This document shows, piece after piece, positions 24,601-38,900 of a stretch of DNA of 64,000 bases. Source of the DNA: Laetmonice hystrix. Its lineage: Eukaryota. Position 1 is the stretch's first letter. Each line of letters opens with the position of its first letter. Below the pieces are notes generated by a model, which was not told the origin of the DNA, did no database searches, and worked only from the letters and a program-made list of their open reading frames with translations. A program made the translations under genes and the position numbers. The stretch spans positions 33,294,001-33,358,000 of the forward strand of contig OZ249436.1 in the NCBI GenBank assembly GCA_965235115.1, read 5' to 3'.

Positions 24601-27600
24601 AAATAGAAAAACAAAATATGGCAAAAACATTCTGATAAGAAAACTAAAGTATCGTTTAATAAAGTGGAAGAGAGATTTATAATTATGATGGCAAGGGACA
24701 TTGAAAAACTTCCATTTGAAATGGAAGTATTGAGATGGTATCGGACACTCGTTGTATTTCTATCAGGGGATTGGTTGCTGGCAATCTAAGAGTACACTAG
24801 GAGGGATTTGGCTGAGATGATATCAGATTACACCCATCCAAGACGTGGGTTCCAGCCTTCATATTCCGCCCAAGTTTCGGCGTAGTCTATCACCGGCACG
24901 CAGCAGTTGGAATGAGAGCGACAAATGGAATACAGGCGACATCTTATCACAAAACGTTGCAAATTTATAACTTAGGCCTTCAATCTATAGGCGCCTGGAT
25001 CTATGCTAGAAGTCGCAGTAAAACTTTTATCATGTCCCTTACATATTTGTAGTCTACCGGAGAATACTTGATATTCTTCGAGAATAACTACACTGTCATT
25101 TAACTTTACTCAGAGATTTCCATTCCATATTATACCATCAGACTTCTACTCTCCTAGACAATGGTGTACCTGAGAAACAACTTTTACAAGGGCTATAATA
25201 ATTTAATAAAACATAAATCGGACATTGTATAGCTGATATAGTGGGCTCTGTTGGGGTAAGTGGGGGGGGGGGGGCATATGGAGGATTCGTGACGCCTGAG
25301 ATATGTTCCTACCCCCTACCATCATCTTGGACATTCAAAGAGACATTCCCAATTACTGAACGCAACCGTCCTATAGACTCATAATAAGCAATCAACATGA
25401 CCAACACTTCCCCAACGACTGAAATGAGGGATACAGCCAGGTATAAGGTATAGTGGTGTAGCCTCATCAGGGAGTTGCAAGCACGGTAGATCTTGCACCA
25501 AGCGTTGGTCCACGTCATCGTTTGACATTTGGAGTTGTCTCAATATGTTGATGTGAGTACCGGTATGCTAACAGAGATAGATGACGGAACTGTGTACGAA
25601 TGGCATCACCTCTCCTCAACTTAACCATAACCATTTGCTCACTCAACCATAAATCAACCTCTCCTCGTAGCAGCTCCGCCTCTTACGACCCCATCGTGAA
25701 ATTGTTCTTCACAGAATAGACGTGATTTAACATCTTGTTTGTAGTTTGTTTCTTGTTTCTTTTTGTAGATATGCCAACGAAGCTAATACTGGAGCCATGA
25801 AGTTCTTGGATCCTACTTTGGCTTGGGAGAAAAAAGAAAATAAAACTTGTTTAAAAGGTACCGTCAAATGGGCACTATTGCCTTGCAAAAAAAAAAAGAG
25901 AAACAGCAGAATTACAGGTGTTTAAATGACGTCGCTCTTTACATTCTCTCTGTTAGCGATTCCTTAGATGTAGGTGTAAAAAAAGGGCAAGACTGGTCAA
26001 AACTGACTGAAGATAATTTTTTCCAGGGGGTCTCTAAAGGGAGTTGACGGTGGCAAAACATTCACTATCACAGAAGTGAATTCTTTACATGTCGGCAATA
26101 TGTCCTTTTAAGTATGACCTCTCTACTCATGACGACAGCGCTGGGCATGATTAAACACAATCACGGACACATGTAACTGTATGAAGTAACGTCAACATAT
26201 CGCTTTGATGGCGCTTCATAAACGGTGTGCCCATCCAGTGTTTTTAACGCTTTCCTTCAGCGCACGTCAGCTGTGGACGTATCAAGGCATACACCAGTCA
26301 CTTCCAGGGTTACGACGGGTAATGGCCACCACGTGTCGCTACGGTCGGCCGCCGAGAACAAAGCGTCCTGCCTACATCACCAGTCTTCCCTGTCACCGTC
26401 CATTTCCCCCACAGTCTGCGCTGTAGCAGTTGGATAGAAAGCGGAAGCGTGATTTTGGTGCTGCCTCCATTCCTAACTCTTTAGTCCAAATGTCCTCTTC
26501 GAAAAGAAAGCAACCGCTAAATGCTTGTGAATAGAGGAAAAGGATGTCACTGAAGTGAGTGGTTTAATTTCCTTCTCATCTATGCCTGTCGCGTCCTATG
26601 TATGGTCATGTATACCAGTTTTTTAAAACACCAGGTATGGCTGTCGAGATTGGACATCCGGTAGAAGCCAGTGGGGCCACTCCAACAACTATCTCTAAAT
26701 CTTTCACAACAATTATCTTTACCTCGCGGTGTTTTATATATTTCTCACATGATACGTACAAGATTGGATAAAAATAAAAATAAATAAATAAATAAATCAC
26801 ACAGTAACCCCTGTGTCGTTCCACAAATTGATGTAGAATATATTTGAGGTTAATCTTGATGTTAAGAACCAGTAACCAGATACGTGTAGTGCTGTGACAA
26901 ACCGCGATTTCTCTTGCTTTCTTTTGGCGATTTATTGGAAGAAAAATCTTCATGAGAAAAAATGCATTGGACCTGCAGGTGTACTGATGATGTTGAAGAA
27001 TCTGCCTGTAGCTGGAATCAATCATCCCTACTTTCCTTCGCTAATTACAGCATTCTGATTAACACAGGACAAAAACACATTCGTAAATGGAAAATACAAA
27101 AGAGAAAAAATGCTGCCAATGACCAAATTCAAGAAATTCGAAAGCGACGTTCGATTTGCTAAATTTGTTCATTTATGCATGTGTATCATCTGTATGATAT
27201 TGATATTGTATTTGTAGAACCCTTCAAAACAAATACAAGTATCGGTTCCAGTGAAAGTCAGCCGTGTTGAAGGTTAAAGAATAACAAGTTAGGATCATTT
27301 CTACCATACTCACGTTGCCAAGTTTAATATATAGCTGAACTCTTGAGGTAGGAGAATACTGAAACACGACATGTTATAGATATAATAACATACATAGAGA
27401 CAGACTCTGTCCCATCCGTCGCATGACGCAACTAGTGTGGCGGCGGACTCGCAACCATCACCCCCCCCCCCCTGCCTCCCATGAATCAGTCCCATTCATT
27501 TGCATTTACAGTGATGAATCCATGCATACACCTCCGTCAAAACATGCAAACGAGGGTGACAAAAAGACAAATAAACTTTAGGGGCGTCCATTTGTCGGCT

Positions 27601-28599
27601 TGAGGTCCTGGTGTTGATTAATGTCATGTGACACCCACTGATATAGCCACATATATTCAGCGTGTTGTACCTACGTGTAGCTTTTATCAGGAATATCGGA
27701 ATGCTTCTTACCGAAACACTGCCTTCTTTGTCTGCCGACTGCTTTTAGTTTTGTTCATCTCCTCTTTTCAGAACGTTTTAGCCAATGTATTTAATGGGGG
27801 TTTCTCCCTTCAGATAAGGTGGTTTGTTGCTGTCGGTGTCTACTTGACTGCATTCTCTACTGACATACGTTGTATTCGGAACTGATATGCAGCAGAGTAT
27901 TTTATGATACAGGAGGAGGCCTTCTCTGTGGTGAAAAAAAAGTGCGGAAATTACAAAGCTACTCTCACCACCTACCTACTTTCTCTACCTCCTGCCCGCT
28001 TGCCTGCCTCGGCTCAGATTGTCATCAGTGCCTGTGGCAGTGCACCTGTGACACGTCGTTGTGTAAGCAAAGTTTGCTGAAGTGTATTTGACTAGTCAGC
28101 TTAATACTGAAGCTGTTGCTGTATGTACTTTGTATACCAGTTTGTCAGAAGATGTATAACGCGTCATGCCAGGTCGTTTTGGTTCTGAAGTTCTGAAGAC
28201 CTGCTTGGTGTTCATCGTCTCTTGATTCACGGAGCGAAAAGATGCAGATAGCAGCACCATAATGGGCACCAGTCGCAGGGAGGTCCGTCTGTCACTTACT
28301 TTATCTGGTGATTACTTTTATTTCAAATAAATCCACCTTTTTTACGTGGGGTGCAAATATGCTGGTTTTCAATGAAGATTCTATCTCTCATTGTGGTGCA
28401 TTCACATTTCAGATGTTTACCCTGACATACAGATCTATTCTCCGTGATTTATTATAGACGACGTAGATCTATGCATCAGTCTCTTGTTGAATAATGACGA
28501 CAGAGCACAAAGCCCACCTTGATCTAAAGAAGAGTGCGTCATGAGAGCACCTATCTGACTGTCACCGCCCTCTACCGTGCAAGACTAGCACTATATGCA

Positions 28600-29050
28600 T
28601 TCAATGGGTTATCTTTGTCTGTGTGTCCGTGTAGGGATACCTGGGTTGTAGCGGGCGGGGGGAGGGGTGTGCCCTTGGATGCCCTTCGGGTGGCCTTTGG
28701 TCTGCCGAGTCTCGAGATGTGTGTATACGGGGAGACAACAAACATCGGACCGTGGAGACAGAGCCTCCTTGAGACACTTCACGGTGGCGACCCGTGTCCG
28801 TGGCCACCCCCAGCCTGGAGCCCCGCCCCGCCCGGTACACCCCTCTCCACCCCGGGTCCCCCGGCAACCTGTCCCGCCCTCACCCCACCAGGTGACGGCC
28901 TCAGGTAAACCTTCCACCCCTTCACTCACCCCGATACCTGCCGGACGGATCTCATCTTGGCGCGGCCGGCGGCGATACCAAACATTATACATGGCTGTCA
29001 GGACGACCAGCCAGTGGACACTTCTAAGGAGGGACATGGATGGTGTTTGA
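28600..29050. promoter_or_regulatory. GC/CpG-rich island containing a minus-strand GTGAGT donor
   Basis: High GC and many CpG. A donor lies after 28930 on the minus strand and is followed by G-runs. Confidence 0.45.
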
Positions 29051-29102
29051 ACCTCTCGGATGTTTAAATTCCTCCTTCAATACACCTAGCTGTCATTGCC
29101 AT

Positions 29103-29158
29103 TGTCTATGTCCCAGACAAAGCGCCAAGACATGTCTATGTCCCAGACAAAGCGCAAA
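29103..29158. repeat. 30-bp tandem duplication
   Basis: tgtctatgtcccagacaaagcgc occurs at 29103 and 29133. Confidence 0.9.
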
Positions 29159-32100
29159 GTCTCTGTGTCCCTACCAATGCATCATAGTCCGTCAGCACAG
29201 TTGGGGAAGAGACAAAATGAAGTTCTAAAATGTCATACTGGTGAAGGTATCCTTGACAGGAACAGTTAACCTATGGTGCAGTTGGGTCTGCTTGAGTAGG
29301 GATAAGACGGTCAATAGAAGTGACTTAAAGCAGTCAGCATTATGGTGGAGCCCCCGGGTGACAGAAAGTTAAGAGCAGACAACTTCTGCTGAAACCCTTG
29401 GAAATGACGATCCATGATGATTAATGTGGAAATAGTCAAACCTTTGCCTTCTGAGTTCATTTTTCTCAGTAATGCGAAATTACTGGCGGAATTCTAAAAT
29501 GGCGTAGCAGCATTTTGAAGCTGAAGCAGCAGCCGCAGCAGCCGGAAAAGAAAGATTGAAGGTCAAAGAAGATACCTCCCCAATGATGTACCACAACGAT
29601 AACCCACTAAAAAGCAGCGTTCATCTGGTTGGAATCACCATGATGTTCTGCTACTTTCCCCATACTGACATAAAACTGACGCATAAACGTATCATACTTT
29701 CTGTAGTAGTGTACGATTTCAAAACACTACCTGGTCGTACTCCGCCTTTATGGTGGGAGTACCAGAACCAGTGTTTTGGACACTAGAAACAAATCGACGG
29801 AGGACTCTGATATGAAGGAGGACAGAACTTGTTGGCTGGTTGCATGGCCACAGACGGCGTCTAGGCAAACGAATCTGGCCACGTTCATGATACACACACA
29901 CTTGCGGGGGGGGGGGGGGTGTCTCTTTTTTTTCAAAACCACAACTCAAAACAAATGTTTCATGACCCTACCCTGTTTAAAGATAAATCACTGTCGGTAC
30001 ATTTATTATATATTATAGGTGTTCACGTGCATGCATGTATTATATAACGTACATGCATGTATGCATAGGGACTATAATTTATACATTTTTAGTCAGGTAC
30101 ATGTATTTAGATTCTAAGATACAATACTCGTCAAAGAGAACCCATCATAGCTGTTTATCTTCCAGACATCTAAAGGTAGCGCCAGCATCTTTGGTCACAG
30201 AGACTTTCTGACTTGACGTCATCTTTCAAAGTACCGACGATGCTCTGAGATAATCTCCCTCCCCCTTCCTCAGTGGAGACCTTTCTGATATGGCAATTCA
30301 TCCAACATTCGTCGAATACCCAGTTTTCCACAGCATTACCTTTGAGTAGGCTCAACCATAGTACCCCCATTGGTATCACCTATGAGTCCAACCCCGGTTA
30401 TTTTGTATATCAGTTGGACATATACCGAGTGACGATCTAGGAGTTTGATGGGGTGGGGGTTGTAACTGTACCAGGTATGATAAAGGTTGACATGCGGTTT
30501 GTATTTAGCAGGCGGGATGTTCACACAGAGAGACGTTACACTAAGGACCTACTGGTGCGCCCGACTCGGTGAGGATATTGCAAGGAAACGACGCCTGACA
30601 ACTTCGGCCTGCAGGTCGACAACGACGTCTGATGAAACTAAATGTACACGGCGAATCGCACCGACAACAAAAATGAGGCCAATTGAAATGCAACCATTCC
30701 CCTTCCACCAGTATGAGTCCATGTGTTCAAGGGCAATCCGGTAGACGATTATTTGCACTTTCAGGCTGCAGTATCAGTTCTCTGGGTGTTTTATCCAAAC
30801 CGATACAACATGCTGGAAAGAGACGGTAATCGCAGTTGGCAGAGGAAACATTTGAGCGACATTCTGGCCATTCCCAATCAGCAAGACGTCTGGTAACAGC
30901 GGACCCTGTCACGATTGCTCGCCTCATTTTGTGTCATTAACTTTGAGCCAGTCTGAGTGCCCCGCGGTGTTTTCCTTAGATACCCTAGTGGGGGAGTCGA
31001 CTCTACCTTGTAAAGATAATTAAGATGTTTAACATCGGATCGCAGGAATTCTTTGATGTCCCAGTGGTTTTTTTCATAGTTTATAGTTTGAGAAATCATC
31101 ACCAACTAACTGTCAACTATTGATTTGTTCAACATAAAACGAAAAAAATAGATTTTTTTTGTAAGCATCCGCTTTCTGGATGTGAAAAAAAACTTTGCAC
31201 AGCCTTAGTGGGTGCGGTTCAAAGATATACCGCCAGTACGGACGTTCCTGTTGGGAGCCTGGTTGACAGGAATTATTTCTTAAAATGTTGTTAGACCCCT
31301 CATTAACTAACATATTATTTGACATACCCTTATATCTGAACTTCTATAAGCACCGTAGCATATTATATTTGATGCCTTCCAAATTAATACCAAGGGGAGA
31401 TTCGCTATTCAGTAGTCTGGTATTGTGTAATTGCTTGGTATTTAAAATTCTGGTTCCCGGTCGAGTCAGAAGTCAATGGACAGCACCGGCTCGGCCGTTC
31501 CAGGGACACAAGTTTATACACTTTTACTGATTGTGTTGAGATCCTGCACTGAACTTCGTATTGTCAATAATAGATTCTTTAGATTGGTTTTGACCCCCCC
31601 CCCCCCACCAAAAAAAAGGGATCGAGGGGTTCATTAGTCTGGAGAGTACCAGTTCTAACCCCTGAGACCATTACTATTGTGGTTCCTGCTGACACAGATA
31701 GTAATAGGCCTACATAAAACCAGAATCACCTTAGGTGGGAGGCGGTGACTTAGCCTGGAGTCCCGAATACGTCTGCTTTCATAAAGGACGTAAACTCTCT
31801 ACTAGCCTACTGCAGGACATCGACGGAGAAATACTAAAACATAAACCCTTCATATTGAGAGTGACAAGTCCAATGTAATAAAGAACCGCACCATATGTCT
31901 TCAACTGCTTTGGAAACTTTGTGTCATTTCGGGCAAGAACCGCCACCCCCTGACAATCTTAAACCACATGGCTCTACATGATGGCTTTAAGTCAATCATA
32001 GTGATATGTTGTACCCGTCGTCATACTAGTACAAGGGTAAGAGTGTGGAATTTGATATGGGATTCTGACTGGCCGACATAAGTCATTGTTACCCCAACCG

Positions 32101-35100
32101 CCTGTCTCTCGTCTCTCTAAAAGCACTCTTCGAGAAAGCGAACATCTCTCTGCTGTGGGGGTCGTCTACTGCCTGTCACGTGAGCATGCCCACAGGATAT
32201 CAGCTCGCTGGATTCTGCCTGATTTCCACTTTTCACAGTGACTGAGTTGCGATAGTTGCCTACAATTACGGATACGATTGCAAAGCAATGACTGGGAAAA
32301 TGTGAGCAGACATGATGCTTGCTTCTTGCTCAACCATGGCCGGTTGAACTGAGAACATCCATTTTTGGTTGAGTCGTGCTGGGAGACAACCGACAGTCGG
32401 ACTGTGCGTGGTCGGAGAGACGAGGTTTCTGGCGCGGGAAACTGGCGGTGATAGAAAATTGGAATCCAAAGTCTGTGCACATTACGCATGGTCACATCTG
32501 TCTGGCAATGGACACAGATACACTAATCTTCCACGATCCTTTCCGAGTTCTGTCATCTGGGGTCAGATAAACCAGAACATATCCACGACTGGCCAATTAC
32601 TTATATCGTGTGTCATACAAGGCCTCCTCACAGCGATTTTATGGCCTCCGACCCGAGAACATGTTCACTTTAATAGACAACTACAATATACATGTACGAA
32701 CATGAATGCGATAACTTACTTGCTCACCAATTTATGCATATATACAATTTATGATAAGACTCAAGTATCAAAAGTTTGTTTTTGTTTCACTTAGTTGAGA
32801 GAGGATATAAATACTGTAAATTGTTTTAACAAATGACTCTACTTAATCCGCTTTATGCAGCATAACCAATTAATTTCTGTGGTCGAGTCCTAACGCACCA
32901 ATAACCCTGTGGATGAGTTCAGGGCCCAACAGTATTTTGATGTAAATCTTCATGAACAGTTTTTAATTGAATAAATCAATTTATGCTCCTAAAAACTTGA
33001 GAAATGGTTCAGTTCCTGTAACCCATTTATGCTAATAAGTTGATGTAGCAGATTATCCCCACTTATGAAGTTGGTTTCTGATGAGATGGTCACAGACGAC
33101 GTCTTGGCGATGTGCGTCGCACACTTCCAGTTGAGTACAACATTAAAGCTGTCCGAGGTCATCCTTTAAGGCCAGCAAACAACTTGAGAATCACAAGGGA
33201 GTCTTTGATGCTTTATTTCCAGTAAATCACTTTGACCAGGCAGTAGCCAGCCCAGACTCACTGTCGCACAGACTCACTATGGTACCCATACCCCTGTCTC
33301 ATCCAAGTTAAAACTATACCCTGTTTATTTAGTTCCACTAGACACCGACAACCTTGTATGGGACGTCCATTTGTATTTGATTCGTTACAGAAGGAACTCA
33401 TTAGGATATAATGAAGGCCCTAGGCGCACTGAGAGGTTAGGACGGACAGAATTACAGACCTTACTCGGGTTTGCTGTCTTACGGCCCAGCCAGAAGAACG
33501 ATAACGACATTGCTTGCTTCACATGTGTCTCTGCATGCTGCTCGGTTAGCTAGGCACGGCAGTCTGTCAGAGGCAAGTTTACATCCGACAGACAACACGA
33601 TCATGGAATTGTGAGCGAGTTTCATCATGCCACTGTAACTCACTTCAAGCCATCCCATAAGTGAATGACAGTTCATTTGGCAGTGAAAGGGCTGAGACCT
33701 TCAAATGTACATGTACGTCCCCTAAACTTATCTAACCGCAGAGATACACGTGAAGGGGGCTATCTGTATCCAGAAATTTGTTTGAAAAGCCAATATTATA
33801 AGCATTATGTGAACTTCCAAACAATAAGCTACTGCAGAACTCGGGAAACGTGTGCCATACACTGACATGGTAAGTGGAACTTGGTACATGTTAATATTAA
33901 GTTTCCACTCACGTACGGTGGATGGCAGATCAATGGTGAACCCCAATTATACCTTATCTCTGTGCTTATCTCCCTCGAGTGTGGTGCACATATAAATGAC
34001 ACTACGTTAAAAACTGATCAGGCACGAGTTTCAGAACTGAAGCGCGTGTCTATAAAGATTGTGATCTACAACCCTGGGTAGGATTCCGCACTTCTATTCC
34101 TGGATGTCATACTGAATTTCTGGCCACAGGCATCGTGCTTATCATTGCTCCCAATACAAAACAACGAGAGCAATTGTGCGCATTTGCCTGTAATTACCCT
34201 GTGGCAAACAGCACTCCTGTGCTTCTCAACCTGCGAAATCAATTCTAAATATTTATATTTTCTCAGCAAGACCTGCATTTAAAATGTCACTTCAGCATGC
34301 CACACGGAAGCCTGCCTGCCAAGTCGGCCATCGTTGGTCTGCCGACAAAGTTCAAAGTATGGTAGTTCTTCCAGCTTACTGCACTGAAAAAAATTATAAC
34401 CCTACGGCAAAGGCCGACACTGTTGGGTCAGGACGTGGGTACTGTATGAAGTAATGGTATTGGGGATTGCATGAACACGTCCACCAGAACCGCCACTCAT
34501 TTACTTAGTATCCGTGGTTCACACAGTGATTGCATCATCAGTCATAATAAATTGATTTAGTATTAGAAGAAAAATACAATTTTGTACCAAAAAATTAAGA
34601 AGGAAGAAGGGGTTCAAATTGACTATTTCTAACTAACACAATAAAAATATTTGTTATTAGGGAAGTAAAATCATTAATAAATTAAGACGATCTACAATAA
34701 TTTATACAATAGTAATACAGGATATTTAAAAAAGAGCATAGAGTATCCCTCAAAAATAGGATGCACAAATTGAATACCTTCTCATACATTTCGTAATTTA
34801 GTAACACTTAACTTTTCTAAGTTACCTTTGCCTCTAGACACAAAAATAAATTCGGCATTAACGTTTTTGTGTTGAGTTCAACAAGACTATTACGAAAAGA
34901 ATGTACACCTATCTGATGGTTGTGACTTTTGGTGGTCCTTTTGATTTATAACTGGCTAAAGGCCATAGAACTGCATCTGTTTAAAAGTTAAATAGCCTAC
35001 CAGACAGAGAGTTATAGTAAAGTTGAGAGTCACGTATCGCAGTGAAAAACGAGAGCTCCGATCTCTACATGTATAATTTGTGTCTGTTATAACGTATATA

Positions 35101-35879
35101 TTATTCTAAATATAATTATTAAGTAATTTACTTGTTTCAATGTTTCATATTACAGCGGCCAGCACGAACACAGCACAACTTTCTTTGCCTGAGTTCATTG
35201 AGTGCCCCTGTCTGAGCTCGTCTCATCTACATTTCACTGTCTGAGAGAGTCTCACCTATACCCTGTACATTGTTGTGTTCAATGGTGAGTGGCGCTCTGA
35301 TATCGAAGGATCATCAACCCATTTATTGTACCGATGCTGCGATAGTCCGCAGGTTCCAGTATGATGCGGTGCTTGGACACTCAATGCACGGGGTCATGAT
35401 TTATGAAAGCGGAAACAGTTTCAGGAATGAGGAAGCACGTCCCACATGTACATGTATACCAAATATCAGAAACAGAAAATCTGCAACTGAACACTTCAAT
35501 ACAAAAACTAATTTGTTGGTTATATATCTTTATAATACAGAGTATGGTCGTGCGCTCCTCCTTTGATTCTTTCCTCCTCTATTCTCAAATCATCAACTAA
35601 ATTTCAACAGAATGCTCAAAGACAACATCATAAGATTAAACGAGGAAAAGACCGACAAATATTTTCTCTAGATAAATCTCAGTAACTGTCGCCAGCTGTG
35701 TAGTCAGAACATGTAATTCAAAGTGAGCTTATCTTGGTCTTTCATCAGAATCTTGTTGGATTCCTATGTAAACACCCAACCTTCCGTCATGTGTACAATG
35801 CTTGAGCAGTTTGCAAACGTCTCGCAAACATTACATGTTTAATTTCCGTCACCAGAATCTCCCCTTATGAACGTACGAT

Positions 35880-35995
35880 GCGACACTTTGGGTCCCCACA
35901 CTAGACAGCTGTGGGGTTCACAGCCTGTCCAGCAAGGGGTCTCACCCCGACACGTATGACCCCGTGTGGCGACTCGAACCCGTGCTGCCTTACCT
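35880..35995 (-). mobile_element. Possible 5'-decayed tRNA-derived SINE fragment
   Basis: The minus strand carries a Pol III B-box-like GGGTTCGAGTCGC (core 35971-35980) followed by a GC-rich body. No A-box or tail is visible. Confidence 0.3.
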
Positions 35996-38900
35996 TTCAT
36001 TGTCAAAATGATCTATGGATATTAATGAATGTGCTCTTAATCCTTAATCAAACACATAAAAACGATCCGAACAAACAAACAGATCTGAGGACGTGAAAGA
36101 GTGTGGCTTGAAAAAGAACCAAGCAAGTTGACAACTTGTCTGTTGGCATGATGAAGTAGGAAGTGGTTTGTAAATACGTTGCCACCTGCGTCCCACTTCT
36201 GTCATGTCAAACCAAACGGTTTCTTTCACATAAACGTTGGAAGCGAGAACTTCTCGCATGCACACGATTGTCCAAGAACACGTTACTTGGTCGACGATTC
36301 AAGGTAGAAGCACCCTGATATCACAAAGGAATCTACTGTAGTCCAATTCAGAAAGTTGAAGAAAAATTACAAATTTAAATCCAACGAAGCATGCAACAGG
36401 TATGATCGTGTATGGTTTAAACCTTGGCCACGCAAAGAGCGGCTAGGACAGGGCACAGGAAATTGACCTTCTATTCTCGTTTCTTCTGATCCACATTTCA
36501 AGGACGCATATTCCCTATATGGTTACATCGCCAGTGGTATCCATACACTTGCCCCTTCATCAGAATCTATTAAATTGGTCTGCAAAAAGTTACATCTACA
36601 GTCTACTTCTTAGTCAGACGGCTTTAAGTTTTCGTCGAGATTTAGGTCGTACCGAAAATTAAGTCCCTTTCCTATGGCCATGCCGTTGGTAACCTGTATA
36701 CTATCGGCTCTAAAGCACGCAGCATATGATATAGAAGTAGATCGAAGCCTAAGTCCAACTCCTCCTCTACCCTTTGCCTGTGGCATCTGTTGAGAACATG
36801 TCTCAAAGTGGCGCGCCATGACGTCTGTTTGGCTGCTTGCATCTCGAGTCCTAAAACCGGCCGGCTTACAGACATCACTCTGGCCTACGGTGAGACCACT
36901 TGAACGTCCATTTACCTCTCGCCTCCCTCGAGGCTAACATCAAGCGTCTACTTAATGTGCCAGCAATGTCCATAAAAAATAAATTCATGATTTTCCTGGA
37001 GCAAAAGAACGAGAGGTGCAATGGAAGCGGGTTCGAGCGAGGCCTTCTGCTCACTGGGTTCGGCCTTCGAGTTGGGACTCACAGTACAGGTGATTTCCGG
37101 GAAAAGGACACTTTTAGGAACTACCGATAAACCAGTTGTATCCCTTTAAACAACAACTGACGCCCAATTTAAAGGGTGAGGTCATTTGTAATTCTAATAT
37201 CCAGTTGGAGTTCCATATAGAAACGCCAGTAGGTTTCTACCTACTTGCACAGACACCACAACCTGTGCAGCGCCTTGAGCCCACACAGGTTGACGACGTC
37301 TACCATTTTGAGTAAAAGCGATGACAGTAACTGTAGAAGATGTCGTTCATGTTTTGGCAAGTCGAGGATTTTGACGTTCGTTAGGCCGACAGCTCAGACG
37401 ACTTTGCCAATGTTAAGTGGAGGTGTAGGATGACTCTGTGACAGGTGCTGCCTGACATGGCTGTCCTCACACCTGAGCACTGACACATTATTATGTACAT
37501 TTCAGTCGACTCATCAAATTAATACACACCTGTATGTCAGAGGTGGGAGAGTTGGGAACAGACCCTAATGGAGCTGGAGTTGACACGTAGTGACAGCAAG
37601 AGAAGCTTTCAGTAGGCCTATAACTGTTGCTCAGCTGCTCTCTCAGTAACCTCTCTCTGCAGTGTTGCTCGGTTGATAACCTTTAGTCCTAACACAGTGG
37701 AGGACTGAAAATCAGTTAATTAAAACAGGACAGTTTGTCATTTAACAAAACCGGTGCCTGCATCAAATTCCGCTGAGTTGACAAACTGTAAAGTGACGGT
37801 CAAGAAAGATCTGCCGACATCGCATCACTTATATAAATATGTTTTGCTCTCACCACTCACATTTGATTCCGTCACCTGATCTTGGTAATGTTTTCAGTCT
37901 TCTACCTGATGCCGACACACGACTTTAGCCCATAAAATAATATGACAGCTGACATTATATTCTTTCATTAAAAGCAAAACAAAGTTGCTTTTTGCATTTT
38001 TGTTTTACCTCAAGGAGCAGTTTTTCTCTTTTCATTCTAGATATTCCTCCTTTTTTTAAACTAGTGACATCAAGATCAGAATATCGTTTCACTGCTTCAG
38101 AAATCTCGGAAGATGTCTTGAGGAATTCCTATTGTAATTGATCTCTACGTTCCGATCTAAAGAACTGCGGGCCTAAAACAAAAACGACCCTGCAATTCAT
38201 CCTATTTGGTTTCCTTTCGTGACCGCTGAGACCAAATGTTTTCATGGAACATGTCTCGATATACAAATGTAAGGAGATGGAACCGACAAAACCAAGAGAC
38301 TACTGGGAGAGGGGGGGGGGGAGAGAACCATGGTGTACAGTTTACATTCAGGCCATGTCCTTTAGGGATTACATGGGGAATTACCTCCTCAAAATAAATC
38401 TTTTTCTTGTTGCGGGAAGCGAAGAGATTTGGGGCATTGTCAGTTGTACCTCACAATCTGCTGTAAGATCTCGGCCATGATTCATCCGAGCTTTTCTTGA
38501 GAAATTGACGGGCGGGACATGGTGTTGGGAACTCAGTAAAGCGGGCACTGGGCGAGGATCAACGCTCCTTCCTCGATGTGAAAGATAAATAAAAAATGAA
38601 GGAAACTTTTAATCTGTGCTAGCATCTTGACCGTCCGTGAAATCCCCGGCTTGGTGGGATACCCTCGTGGAATAAAGGACTTGGTGAATTTTAACGCTCA
38701 CTTATATGGCTGCTGTCTTGGCGGGCTAAAACATTTAAATCATTTGTTTAGTATGCCCGTATCAGCCTTTCAACTTTATTATCTGATGTATCTTGATCAT
38801 CCAAATGAATTATGGTGGGTGTCCTGGTAATTCCATTTGTTTCTGTTGAAGAAGGGTCAAGGCATAAAATTACTATGGCGGTCTTGAATAATGAACTGTT

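Noticed and set aside
30183-31011. Protein-looking plus-strand frame, possibly fossil coding sequence
   Set aside because: About 11 stops in about 276 codons is what random sequence gives, and no family is recognised.
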